Source: Anthoceros angustus
Taxonomy: Eukaryota; Plantae; Anthocerotophyta
DNA length: 64,000 nucleotides
Direction of reading: 5' to 3'
NCBI GenBank assembly: GCA_010909165.1
Contig: MU008161.1
Location: 1,054,001-1,118,000, forward strand
Below the pieces are notes generated by a model that saw nothing but the letters and a program-made list of their open reading frames with translations, did not search any database and was not told the DNA's origin. Position 1 is the first letter of the stretch. Each line of letters opens with the position of its first letter. The position numbers and the translations under genes are program-made. Shown here piece by piece: positions 25,031 to 36,331 of this stretch.

Positions 25031-26349
25031 ATTCTCTAACAAATATGGACAGCATAAATAATATAACTCTAGCTAAATTCACCAAACTGCTTGACTAATA
25101 AAAGGGTCTGTCCGGTGTATGCGTGTATGCCGGGACAACTTCATTTTCCACCAAAAAGCAAAAAGAAAGATACATATGAATGTTTGCAGGTGGAATCACA
25201 GTTTAGGGTGGACAGTTGACATTGAAGGTAGAAGAAAGCCGAGCCCTGTATCCAATTGAATGCTCCGCACAACAAGGCAGGAAATGTCGGCCTGGCGGAA
25301 TGTGACCAGGGCAGCCCCGGCATCAACCGGGCAGGCATCAGCTCCACGCGGGCCCGGCGGCTCTGCCGGGGCGGCAGCGGCCAGGATGATGACTCTCGAC
25401 TCCACATCCACCGCGGTTCGAACCCGGGGTTAGGGGCCGGGTTGGGTTGGACTTGAGTTGGACTCGCTCGGCGTCCTCTCCTCCTCGTCCCTTCCTGCGT
25501 CTGTCCTGGGCCTCGGCGGTGCAGCACAAGAGCAGTGTAACACTGTGGAGCAGGTAGTCTCAGCAGCAGGAGCAGCAGCACTGTGCGAGCCAGCCACCTA
25601 GGGATCCTGCCTCCACCTCCCCCGCCTGAGCCTGCAAGGGAACTGTTTTCCGGGCGGGGATTGCCACAGGCTTGAATGCCCACAGCCCTCCTCTCAGGAG
25701 CCGCTGCGCATGAAGCCCCTCGCCCCGTGACTTGAGGATTGGATTTCCTAGATTGTGCTGTGGGGATCGCCTCGCGGCGGGTAGCTGGGTGCCGTCCGGG
25801 CCGGGCCGCGATGGCCTTTCCTGCTGGCTAGGATGCTGTGCGGGGCCTACTGGCTTGCGCCCGGCGCATGTGCGGCCGCAAGGCCAGGGCGGGGTCTGGT
25901 TGCCGGGCCGCGCACGCAGGCTGTGCGTAGCCTCGCTCGGCTGGAATCGGCAGCCGGAAGCTCCTGCTGGTGAGAGTTGAGTGGAAATAAGCGGGCCGGC
26001 CTGCTTCCTTCTCCGGATGCGATCTTGTGTTTAACCGCCTCATTTCGTGGAGAGCAGGAATGCGGCTTGGCTCCCGTGGGAAAGGGGGAATTGTGTTGTG
26101 TGGGCGAGGGGTGCTGTTTTGCTGCTAGCTCACTGTCTTGGCTGGATTTCGGGAGAAATGCACTCTGGTAGCGCAGCAGCTCTGCTTGCCACCAGTTAGC
26201 TAGCTAAGTCAAGCATGGAAGCTGAGTGTACGGAGTGGAGCCGACATTCAGGTTGGGCCCGAGGGCTCTGCACCAGATTTTCTACCACGGTGATGCTTTG
26301 ATTTAGCCAGGGTTCGTGTTTTCGGGCTTCTGCCGTCGCACCTGTTGTC

Positions 26350-29300
26350 ATGGAGGAGAAGAAAACCTATCCTGTTGTGGCCTCGGGCTACAAGATTTTG
26401 GAGGAAGTAGGGCAGGGTGTGAGCGCTACTGTGTATCGCGCGATGTGCCTTCCTCTTTCTGAAATTGTGGCGATCAAGAGCTTGGATCTGGAGAAGTGCA
26501 ACAGTAATCTGGTAGGTTTGCTATGGCTTCGATCCCGCCCAAACCGCGCTCACCGATTTTTCCGAATTCCTTGCTTGAACAGCGTTTGAGGGGAAATGTC
26601 ACCTCAACGACAGTGTCTGTCACTCAACATTTGCTTTCTGTGGGCGTGTGTATGGTTCTTCATAGCTGCCACATAATCAGGTAGATTGAGTCCTTGAGGA
26701 TTAGGGCAAATTTGGCTTCTTCGATGCAGCCAGCTGGCTGCCGAGCTACCGAACGTCCTGCTTCCTGCTGTTTAGCATGCAGGCTTATCATCCAAATTAC
26801 TATCACGTTTGCCCATTCAGCGATGCAATTGGATATTTGAGACGTGCAGATGATTTTTTCCATTCCCGGGCAGGTTCTAGCTTGTATATTCTTTTAGAAA
26901 TGTTAGATTGCAATTCTGGCCCTACATTTTTGCAGTGAAATCTGTTCCCAGTGTTCACGATTGCCTGTATCTCTACTACGCCTGCGCGAGCGATGTTTTC
27001 GAAGGAGACATTTTGTCAGGGAACTATAGCAAATTCGGTAATTTTTGAGTGCGTAACGATGCTGAATTGTGCATAATTCATGATGTGACGCAGGATGAGA
27101 TCCGAAGAGAAGCCCAGACCATGAGCCTGATCAGCCATGCAAATGTTGTGAAGGCTCATTGCTCGTTCGTGGTGGATCAGAGTCTATGGGTCGTCATGCC
27201 GTACATGTCTGGGGGTTCCTGTCTGCACATCATGAAGGCTGCACAACCTAACGGCTTTGAGGAGGCTGTTATTGCAACTGTGTTGAGGGAGACACTGAAG
27301 GCCCTTGAGTATCTCCATCGCCATGGCCACATCCATCGAGATGTCAAGGTATACTGTCAGTCTCAGATTGCCTCAGAGTTCACTTCCCTTCTATTGTTAG
27401 GTCCTAAAGCATTCATCTCTCGGGTGAAGGACTTGGACTATCATTTACTCACGGGTTCTTCTCTTGTTAGGCTGGGAATATCTTGGTTGATTCAAATGGA
27501 TCAGTCAAGCTTGGAGACTTTGGTGTATCAGCTTGCATGTTTGACACTGGTGATAGACAACGGTCACGGAACACCTTTGTGGGAACTCCCTGCTGGTGTG
27601 TCTTGGAGGCTTACTCACTTCAAATTCTGCTGTAAAACTTTTCAGGATGCTGTTTTCTAACTAAACTAGTGATGTATATGGGAGGGTTCAGGGTGTTTAG
27701 ACTGATGGTAGTATGACATGTCAGGATGGCACCTGAAGTTATGGAGCAGGTTCATGGCTACGACTTCAAGTAAGTCAAGTTTTGTTGTGCTGGACACATT
27801 TGTGTGTGCATTGCTGAAATTTGCGGTCAAGTACCACCTTAAGGCTTGACAGTCGAGATACTATGTCATCTGTGGGGGCCTGCAAAGTGCATCTGTTGGA
27901 TGTGGTGTCCTTGCACGTCCATGTCCGCTTACTTGAGTGTTAGATGTGTTGTGCTGCAGGGCAGACATTTGGTCTTTTGGAATAACTGCACTGGAGCTTG
28001 CTCGTGGTCACGCTCCTTTTTCCAAGTTTCCTCCAATGAAGGTAGTTCTTTTTTCATGGTACGCTGTACAAAAACGTGTCTGCAACCTGTCTTGATCTTA
28101 ATCCTGACAGGTGCATTCAATCCTCTCTTCTCAAGCATAAGACCACAATGTATGTTTGCTTGATATCAATAGGTGCTGTTGATGACCCTGCAAAACGCTC
28201 CTCCAGGGCTTGATTGCGAAGGAGATAAGCGGTTTTCAAAGGTTAACTATTTGCTTCTGTCCACGCTCTTAGTTTGGTGCAATTTGGATGGGAACTGTTG
28301 GGATTTTCAGAGCTCTAGTGCGAGTTCTGAATGAGGTGGCATTGGGGCTTGCATCTGCAACTTAGGTGTGGCAATGACTTGTGTGCAGTCGTTTAAAGAG
28401 ATGATAGCAATGTGCCTTGTAAAGGACCCAACTAGGAGACCATCCGCAGAAAAGCTTTTAAAGCACTCATTCTTCAAGCATGCACGGTCCGCTGACTACA
28501 TTGCCAAACATCTTTTGGAGGGATTACCTCCTCTTGGAGAGCGTGTGAAGAGCCTGAAGGTTGGTATACCTTGTCAATGCAATATCTGACTGAACCTCCA
28601 TGTTGGCTCAAATTTTCTGAAAGTGTGACTTTCCCGTGCATTCAGGATAAGGACGCTGTACGGCTAGCTCAGAAGAAGATGCCTTATGGAGAGCAGGAGG
28701 AGAAATCCCAGGTGATTCTGCAGTTTCTTTGCTAGGCTCGATAGTGGGTGTACTCTACTAACGTATGTACCCACATTAGCATCTACCATGCATTTTCAAG
28801 CTTGGTGATGGTTCCCTGTTCTTACGGTGGCCTAAGTTGCTAGAAACTTCCAGGGGAGGGGCTATTGCATTCTTAGGGCTTTTGAGTGATAGAATGCGTT
28901 ATATGAGAGTGCAGTATGTACTCATTGATGGTCTAGCAGGTTAATTGATGCAAGCTGCCTGCCGGTTGTGGAGTGGACATGCTTCCTGCGTTCTGATTAT
29001 CCATTTCTGTAGGTATCTGGAAGAAAGTTTGTGTTCTCTAACAATGCGTTATATTTGACCAGAAAGAGTACCAAAGGGGAGTGAGTAGTTGGAACTTCAA
29101 TGTGGAAGATTTGAAGGCTCAGGCAGCTCTGGTATTCAGGCTGTGCTTGGTGATTGCTTTCATGCAGGTTTTACATCCAAGTGCTAGCCTTTGAGTACGC
29201 TCTGACTCCTCTATAAACAGATACAAGATGATGACGAGCCAGCAATTTCAAAGGTGCCTGAAGAAGAAGAGCAGTCAAAGCCACGATCGAGCAGAGAGAG

Positions 29301-32300
29301 TGATGACTCACTAGAAGCTGCCTCACAAGCTGCCAGTTCTTCCCCACAGCCGTCTGTGACCAGGGATTCTCAGATGACAACATCTGCTAGCACCCTTAAG
29401 CCCGAGACAGCAACTGATGTGAGTATGCCGTGTGTTATTGCGAAGCTATGGCAAATGTACTTGAGAGTTGTTCAAGCCTGAAGCATGGCAGTTTGTTCCA
29501 GGTTGGCGACCGCGCTTCAAGGAATCGCACTGGACAATTGTCAACAGCACTGCAGTCCAAGTCATTTCCTAGGTATCATCAGTTTTCTTTCACCCAAGTT
29601 TGTCGGCACTTTGGGCAATGTAGGTATTGTGGTAAGGAGATGGTAAGGCAGATGCCTGTGCGGAAGTGAGCTAGCTGAGATGATTATCGTTTTCTCTTTC
29701 TGGTGGGTCCCTTCCCTAAATCTTGCTGGGCCGTGTCCAAGCTGGCTGGTCCTTGATTAAGCCAGACAAGTCATGTAGCGGTGATCTGAGCCGGAGCCAC
29801 CTGTAGGCATCTTTTTCCTTTTTCAGTTTAGAATTCGATAGTGTAGGGGAGGCCCCTTGTAGGATCCGTCTTTTACATGAAGGTAATTGTGGCGCTTTTG
29901 TGTCTACTTATAGGTCTGGACCGCAGCTTTTGGGGAGGAAAGAGCCCAAGCATATGTGAGTTCTTATTTTGGAGATGTTATATAGGATTGTTGTGTCGTG
30001 TTGTCAGCAGGGCTTTTGTTTTTACAAGGTTCTAGGAGACATCGGTGTAGTTGTGACATCCCTTGCCAGCTGATAACGTATCATCGTTATAACTAATCAT
30101 GAGCAGATTACACTCTCGGTCTGATTGATGAGGTTCCATATCTGTGATCCATTACTACTTGTCTTCCATGTTGCCTATCTTTGTGTAATCGGTGGTGCAG
30201 TGGGCGTTTTGATGTGTTCGAGGATGATGGGAGCCCACGCTGGCATGAACCCGCAAAAGCACAGGAGCTTCGTAGGACAGAATCATCTCGGGATGTTCGA
30301 GATGCAAGTGAGGTTCGAAGCCTGTCGGACAAGGATAGACGGGATGATCTGAAACGTGATGACAGGGACGAGCTTCGCAGGCCAGCAAGTGGCCCTTTGA
30401 TACCCGATCATGTGGTGGCCTCGTATAGGGGCCGCGAAGATGATAAAGACAGGTCAATATTTCAAGCGGAATCAAGACCATGAGTCTTTTTGAATTCCCA
30501 GTATGGTTGGTTTTTGTTTCTTGTAGGCAGGCAAGAGTGTTGATGCGGTTTTAGGGAATGAGTCGTTCGATGTGCTAATTCCAACAGGGATAGGGACCAC
30601 CGGCCGTCAAGTCGGCCCGGCGATGAGGTTAGAAATGCTCATCATCGCGAACGGGGCTCGCATAGTGGGCCCTTGACGTCATCAGGTGCTCCAATACCAG
30701 ACTCCAGGCCTGCAGCAAATGGGTCTTCAAGACCTCCTCCAAGTATGTGCCTGCTAACCACGATTGCTCCTGGGGCATGCTCACCAGTTTTGGTACGCTG
30801 AAGCATGAATGGAACGAGTTGTGTGTATGCGGTGCTCACAAATTGGTCTGTCCTTGCACCTTGTGTAGCGGTAGGCATCAAGGAAGGTCCTGATGAGAAG
30901 CCGAAGGGGCCAGTGATACAGAAGAAAGGCCGTTTTTCTGTTGTTTCAGATGATGTGGCGATGGCTGAGGTAACAACTCTTCAGATTCCTTTTTGGGTTA
31001 GGTGCGGTATGAGTGGCAGTTCCAACTATTAGGTGAGCTGGTTCTTGATCCGGTCTGAGGCAGTGATATTTAAAATGGTTCACTCCTTTCAGGAAGTCCA
31101 TCATTCAAGTAATCGATCAAAGGGGAGCGCTCAGGTCGGTGGTGATTCAGTTTTATGATTGTCATGATGGGGCAGCTTCTTAGATTTTTTTTTCTTTCTT
31201 TATTTATTTGTGTGAGGGGGCCTAGGGGGAGGGGGGCTTAATCTGTGGCAGTCGGAGCAGAGGTCCTGGTGAGGGCTGTAGTACCCTGCAGTTCTTTTTG
31301 GATAATAAGTTAGTGCACATTAACTGCTTTTGCAGACCGGGTCGCTTCACAAGTCTGCCAGTGTTGGTGACTGGTCATCAGAACGAAGGCTCTTTGTATG
31401 CTACCAGCCCCTGTAATGTTCTCTATGTCTATGGGTGTCAATTCCCCTCTTTCGAGGGGAAGAGGGGAAGTGTTCCAGGTCCTCCCTTGTGAACTCTTGT
31501 CTTGGGAACTAATGCGTTGGTTTTCCTTGTCGGGTGATTTCTTGCTTGGGAACGGTCTAAAGGCTAGGAGTGAATTGTGTGTGTTTCTTTTGATTGTCTC
31601 GTAACTGGATGGTTATACCCAATACAGGCACTGGGTTAAGACAGGTCTGGCTTCTTTGAGAGGCAGGTGCAATACGAGATATTGGTGTCAAGAGTCGTTC
31701 GCCCCATCTGTGCTGAAGAAATGCCGTCAAAAGCAAGTTCTAGGGTTTGAGTATGTGGTCACCGTTTGCTAGTGGGACACGTGTTTGAGCGAGCAGTGCC
31801 CTTAAGATCTTACGGTTTGAGTACACTTGTTTGGGTGAATGGTTGCAGGGCTTTTCAACCGTGTTCTTATGTAATGATCATGTTTTCTCATGCTATGGTG
31901 CAGCAACTTGCACAAAACTCATCCTTTTCTCAACCACCACCTTCAATTCCCACCAACTCAAGTACAGTGCCAGTCACCGCCATGATCACACAGCTACAGA
32001 ACATCTACAATCAGGGGGCAGTGCAGCAGGTGAGTCCGAGATTACCGTGGTTCGCCTAATTATGTCTGTCCTGGTGAAAGAAATGTAATGTTATGTTGCC
32101 TTCTGGCCCTCCAGGACTCGCTATTGAATATGATAAATAGCCTCAGCACGGGCGACGCAGCTGCTGGTGAGTGTTTCCGACATCTGGTATGTAATTTGGG
32201 TTTGTAATGGAGCATTGGAGGGAATGAGGGAGCTTGACGGTTGTGTGATGTTTGCCATCTTTAGGTCAACGCCTAAACCATTCCAGTTCCAAACACTTGC

Positions 32301-32959
32301 CTCGAAGTTCGAGTATTAGCGCTGGTGAATATCCTGTAAGTGGCTCTCTTTTCCGTGCTGTCATTGGAGTCAAAGGTGTTGCTTACAACGAGTTTGCCGC
32401 CAGGACTTTCTAGATCATGTTAGCGGTTTGTGTGATCTGTGGTGGGTACTTCTGAGGGAATCCTGTGCGTTACATCAGATGGAAGTGCCAACGGAAAGGG
32501 AGCGGGATCTTTGGCACCAGTTCACAGAGCTTCAAAACAAGTAAGTCAACAGAGGGGCGTCTGAGAGCCATGTAGCTAACGCCGACGTGAAGGGGTCCAG
32601 TACTGTTGAGGCCAAGAGTGTAGCATTGCATTTACAAGTTCCTTGCTTCACAGGTTGCAAATATTGTCGGATGAGATGCACAACCAAAAATTAAGGAATG
32701 TACAGGTAACTGAGGCGTCTTATGTCTTGCCTTTGTAGATATGCTAATTCGTTGGTTGAGATGCACAACTTGAAGTCAAGGAATGGACAGGTAACTGATT
32801 GCTTCTTGCTTGGTTGCACGGCGTGCCTCTGTATGTGGTGGTTGACGGTGGGCTTAAATGTGTTGTGCTGTGCAGCTTGAGAGGCAATTGAATGCTATCT
32901 ATAACAAGGAAGAGGAGGAGAGAATACGACGGGAGGAGGCTGCCAAGGAGGATGGCTAA
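26350..32959 (+). CDS. STE20-family MAP4K Ser/Thr kinase (Fray/OSR1-like; plant TOT3/BLUS1 group), multi-exon
   Basis: Exons read manually with GT-AG borders: 26350-26511, 27094-27348, 27471-27595, 27725-27769, 27960-28041, 28173-28241, 28389-28559, 28646-28711, 29063-29131, 29221-29418, further exons, and a last exon ending [27 protein letters not shown] at 32959. Kinase motifs AIK, HRDVKAGN, DFG, GTPCWMAPE and ADIWSFG are intact. The middle exons are less certain. Confidence 0.93.
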
Positions 32960-33534
32960 TATGGTGGTGAACCTTACACCACACACGATCCGTCAGCCGC
33001 GAGGAGGCAAGCTCCAGGTAGCACCTGCTGTAGCGCAGGGCAGGCACTCGGATTACTCGACTATGCACAGCTTGGAGGAACAAAGCGCTAAAATTTGGGT
33101 TCCATGACCTCGGTAGCCGTTCCCGATGCCGATCCTAAGACCATACACGCGTTGGTTTGATGTTGTACTTCAAATAATTTTATGATATGAGGCGAAGTTT
33201 GGAGACCGTGCCTTGTTGTGACGCACTGTGCACACTATTTGCGGCTTCGTGTCTTGTCCAAGTTGTTCTAGTAGTGGGCGAGTGACTGGCACGTTATGTT
33301 GATCGCCCACTCGTGCAGTTACAGGCCCATTTATGGGGCAGGAAAAGGGGCAACCCGCACGGGTGGGTGACTGCAAGCTGTCTGTCTCTTGCCCCGTCGC
33401 ACGTATGCCTAGTTCTTATATGTATGTACATAAAAAAGGATGAATCGGGCGTTGGCACTTGTGTTCGCGTTTGCGATTGCAGTTGCTTTTGCAAACTTGG
33501 CGTCGGAGAGTGAGTCGATGTTGTATTGGATCTG

Positions 33535-34353
33535 ATGGTGATGCGAATTGGAGCGTGGCCATGCATTACCATAATGCTGGTGTTGGCGAGTCTGGGGGCA
33601 CAGGGGCAGGCAGGCACTGATCGCGACTGCCTGAAGGCGCTGCAATCGAGCTTGAGGAATCCCGGGTTCCTGGCCGGGAACTGGACGGGCTCCAATTTCC
33701 CGTGCGCCTCAGCCTTTCTTGGAATCGAGTGCGGGCCGGCGAGCCAGCGCGTGTGGGCGCTGCGCCTAGGGGGCTTCGGGCTGGCGGGAATCCTGTCCCC
33801 GGGGCTTGCCGATTGTTCCGCCCTGACGGAGCTGGATCTGTCGGCGAACCTCTTCTCCGGCATAATTCCGCCCGACCTGGGCCGCCTCACAGCTCTGGTG
33901 AGCCTCAACCTGTCCGAAAACTCGCTGGTGGGCTCCATTCCGACCGAGCTTGCCGGCCTGACGGCCCTGGAGGCGCTGGATCTGGGCGGAAACAATCTGA
34001 CCGGGTCCATTCCCCCGGACCTCGGCTCGCTCGACAAGCTCGATTCCTTCAGCGTGGTGGGCAACTCTCTGTCGGGCCAGATTCCCAAATACCTGGCGCA
34101 GACGCCATCGGGCCGGACCCGCTTCAACGTCTCCTCCTTCCGGCCGGGCAACGAGCTGCTGCAGGGGGCTCCGTTGCCGCAGCCCGGCGGCGGTGAGCTG
34201 TCGGCGCTTTCCATCGTTTTCATCGGGCTCGCCAGCGGGCTGCTCAGCTTCGTCGTTAGCTTTGCGGCTGTCTGCGTATGGTTAAGGTGGGCACATCACA
34301 AGCTTTCCATTTCGCACGACGGCACATTCAAAAGCCTGCCGGAAAACGTGTGA
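33535..34353 (+). CDS. RLP44: Short single-exon LRR receptor-like protein of the RLP44/RLP57 type
   Basis: Signal peptide, N-cap (DRDCLKALQSSLRNP...NWT...C...C), about 4-5 plant LRRs, RFNVSSF..GN..L.G.PL, TM helix IVFIGLASGLLSFVVSFAAVCVWLR and a short tail. This matches the Arabidopsis RLP44 architecture as recalled. Confidence 0.85.
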   Translation: MVMRIGAWPCITIMLVLASLGAQGQAGTDRDCLKALQSSLRNPGFLAGNWTGSNFPCASAFLGIECGPASQRVWALRLGGFGLAGILSPGLADCSALTELDLSANLFSGIIPPDLGRLTALVSLNLSENSLVGSIPTELAGLTALEALDLGGNNLTGSIPPDLGSLDKLDSFSVVGNSLSGQIPKYLAQTPSGRTRFNVSSFRPGNELLQGAPLPQPGGGELSALSIVFIGLASGLLSFVVSFAAVCVWLRWAHHKLSISHDGTFKSLPENV

Positions 34354-34748
34354 CGTTGCCTTGCTCACGCCGGGCTTACTTGTACATGTACAGGGCTGGC
34401 ACCAAGCAGGAGGTGGGTTCGGCCTTATCTGCCTTCAGATGAGTGCCATCGCCATCTACATGCTTCTTTCTTTCATACCCTTCATGAATTCGTGATGGTT
34501 TCTCGTAGCCACACCACATTTGCTAGCTCGAATGCGGAATTAGATAGTTGCTGGTCTCCATTTGCTGGCAGACCAAAATGGTCTATGCCAGGCAACGTTG
34601 TAAACTACTCTGCCGCCGCGACAGCAGAAAGGCCAAGCACATCGTTTTGGGGGCATTTGGCTTCAGTGAGATAATTTAATTGAGAACTGAAAATTGGCGG
34701 TGGCAGGATGTGATGTACAATGCCCATCCCTCCTAATGTACACTACTT

Positions 34749-36331
34749 CTAAGCACCCCTCGGGCAGTTACCATCATCACGCCCTCTTGATCCAGAGGCA
34801 GCCACATTATGGTGGGGATCACCCAGGGGATCTGACGATGCAGTGACATGGGGAGGAGGCTGTGCAGGCATCGGTTCCATACGAGAGTCGGAGTGTGAGG
34901 CTGTTACCACCTGCGCCACGGGCAGAGCATGGTCAGGAGAACAGGTTGCAGATTCAACTCCTTCTTGCGCAAACATGGCATTGTGCCTGAGCGTGAAGTT
35001 GGGAGGAACATACGCGGCTGGGGCAACCGCCGCCGCAGCAGCAGAGGTGGAAGCCCAGTCTGGTGACTCTACAGTCTGCTCCTCCTGTGCCAGAGCTAAA
35101 GGACCTGGTTCACCGCGCTCCCACCTCCGCCACAGCCATAAACTCCATTTTCCCGACCTGGGATATCTGAGGGATGCTTCACGCCTGCGTCCTACCAGGA
35201 AAACCTCTCCACTCACTGGCTGCTCAGCACGGGAGCCCTGGGAGAGGGAGTTGGACGCGTCCCTGTTAGACAACGACTCGTCTGCCCTGATAGCACTTTC
35301 CAGGTCCCCAGCGTACCGCTGTCGACGGGACCTGTGCCAGAAGATTTCAGTGGCTTCACCAACCCCAGCCCGCCGTCGGGAGTGGGAGTGAGACGAGCCC
35401 TCAACTTCTTGGGCGGACATGTCATTTCCCTGTAGCCTAACTTCACATGAATCCTGCTGCTGCTGCAGCCGCTCAAACATGTTGTCAGGGACAGCTTCAT
35501 GAGAGAAGCGTGACCGAGCTGCCTGGGTGATTAGGGGAGAAGGTATGCACCTACCATCTGGACTTGAGCACAGAGAAATGCGACAGATAGGGCAGGTGGA
35601 GTGGTGCCGGAGCCAGGCATCAATGCAGTCAACATGAAAAGCATGCCCACACCTGGGCAGCACCCGAAGTACGTCTTTCTCTTCGTACTCACCCAGACAG
35701 ACTGTGCATCTGCGAGACCAAGGATACAGACAAGCACCCCGGCCTTCAGAGTCGTTTCAAACTCTTTCAGACAAAGTCAACCAGAACGTCCAACAACTTG
35801 CCACATTTCCACTGCTCATGCTAGCCTACTGGTATGACCACAACAATACTTACAATGCATCGTCTTTGGACGAAAAGACCTCTTGACTATACTTGACAGT
35901 GGGAAACGAGGCCACCACTGACGGCTCCATTCCCCTGGGACTCCGCTCTTCCACCTGCTTGCACCCGAATCCTAAAAATTAGAAGCACAGGAGGAAAAGC
36001 AGCGCAAGCACCCACGGACAACCTCAACGCAGACTGAACAGAAAAACCAAAAACCTCTCTCTGGACGCATCCTTCAAACCCCTGAGCATATCTCCCAATC
36101 CCAGCACCATATTCATGCATCTCCAATCCACAAACTGAGGCTTGCAACGAAGTAACACACGGGTTCCACTTGGTGACTGACATCATCTTCGGTTGAGTCG
36201 AAGTTCCTCCGCGGACGATGTCTCTGTTGCATGCGCACACACAGAAGGCGGGCGCACACGAACACAACGAAGGTGGCGCTCATTGCAAACCCCAGAATTG
36301 TCATAACCAGATTCATTGTACTGCTGATCAT
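34749..36331 (-). CDS. ATL-family RING-H2 E3 ubiquitin ligase, 3 exons
   Basis: Exon 1 from 36331 encodes the N-terminal TM segment ([23 protein letters not shown]), with donor at 36170 or 36161. Exon 2 (35954-35854) encodes the GLD-like [15 protein letters not shown]. Exon 3 (35709-34749) encodes the RING-H2 [42 protein letters not shown]. Confidence 0.92.

Noticed and set aside
33294-34223. 309-aa antisense ORF over the RLP44-like gene (likewise 34843..35391 over the ATL)
   Set aside because: Shadow ORFs of GC-rich coding sequence.
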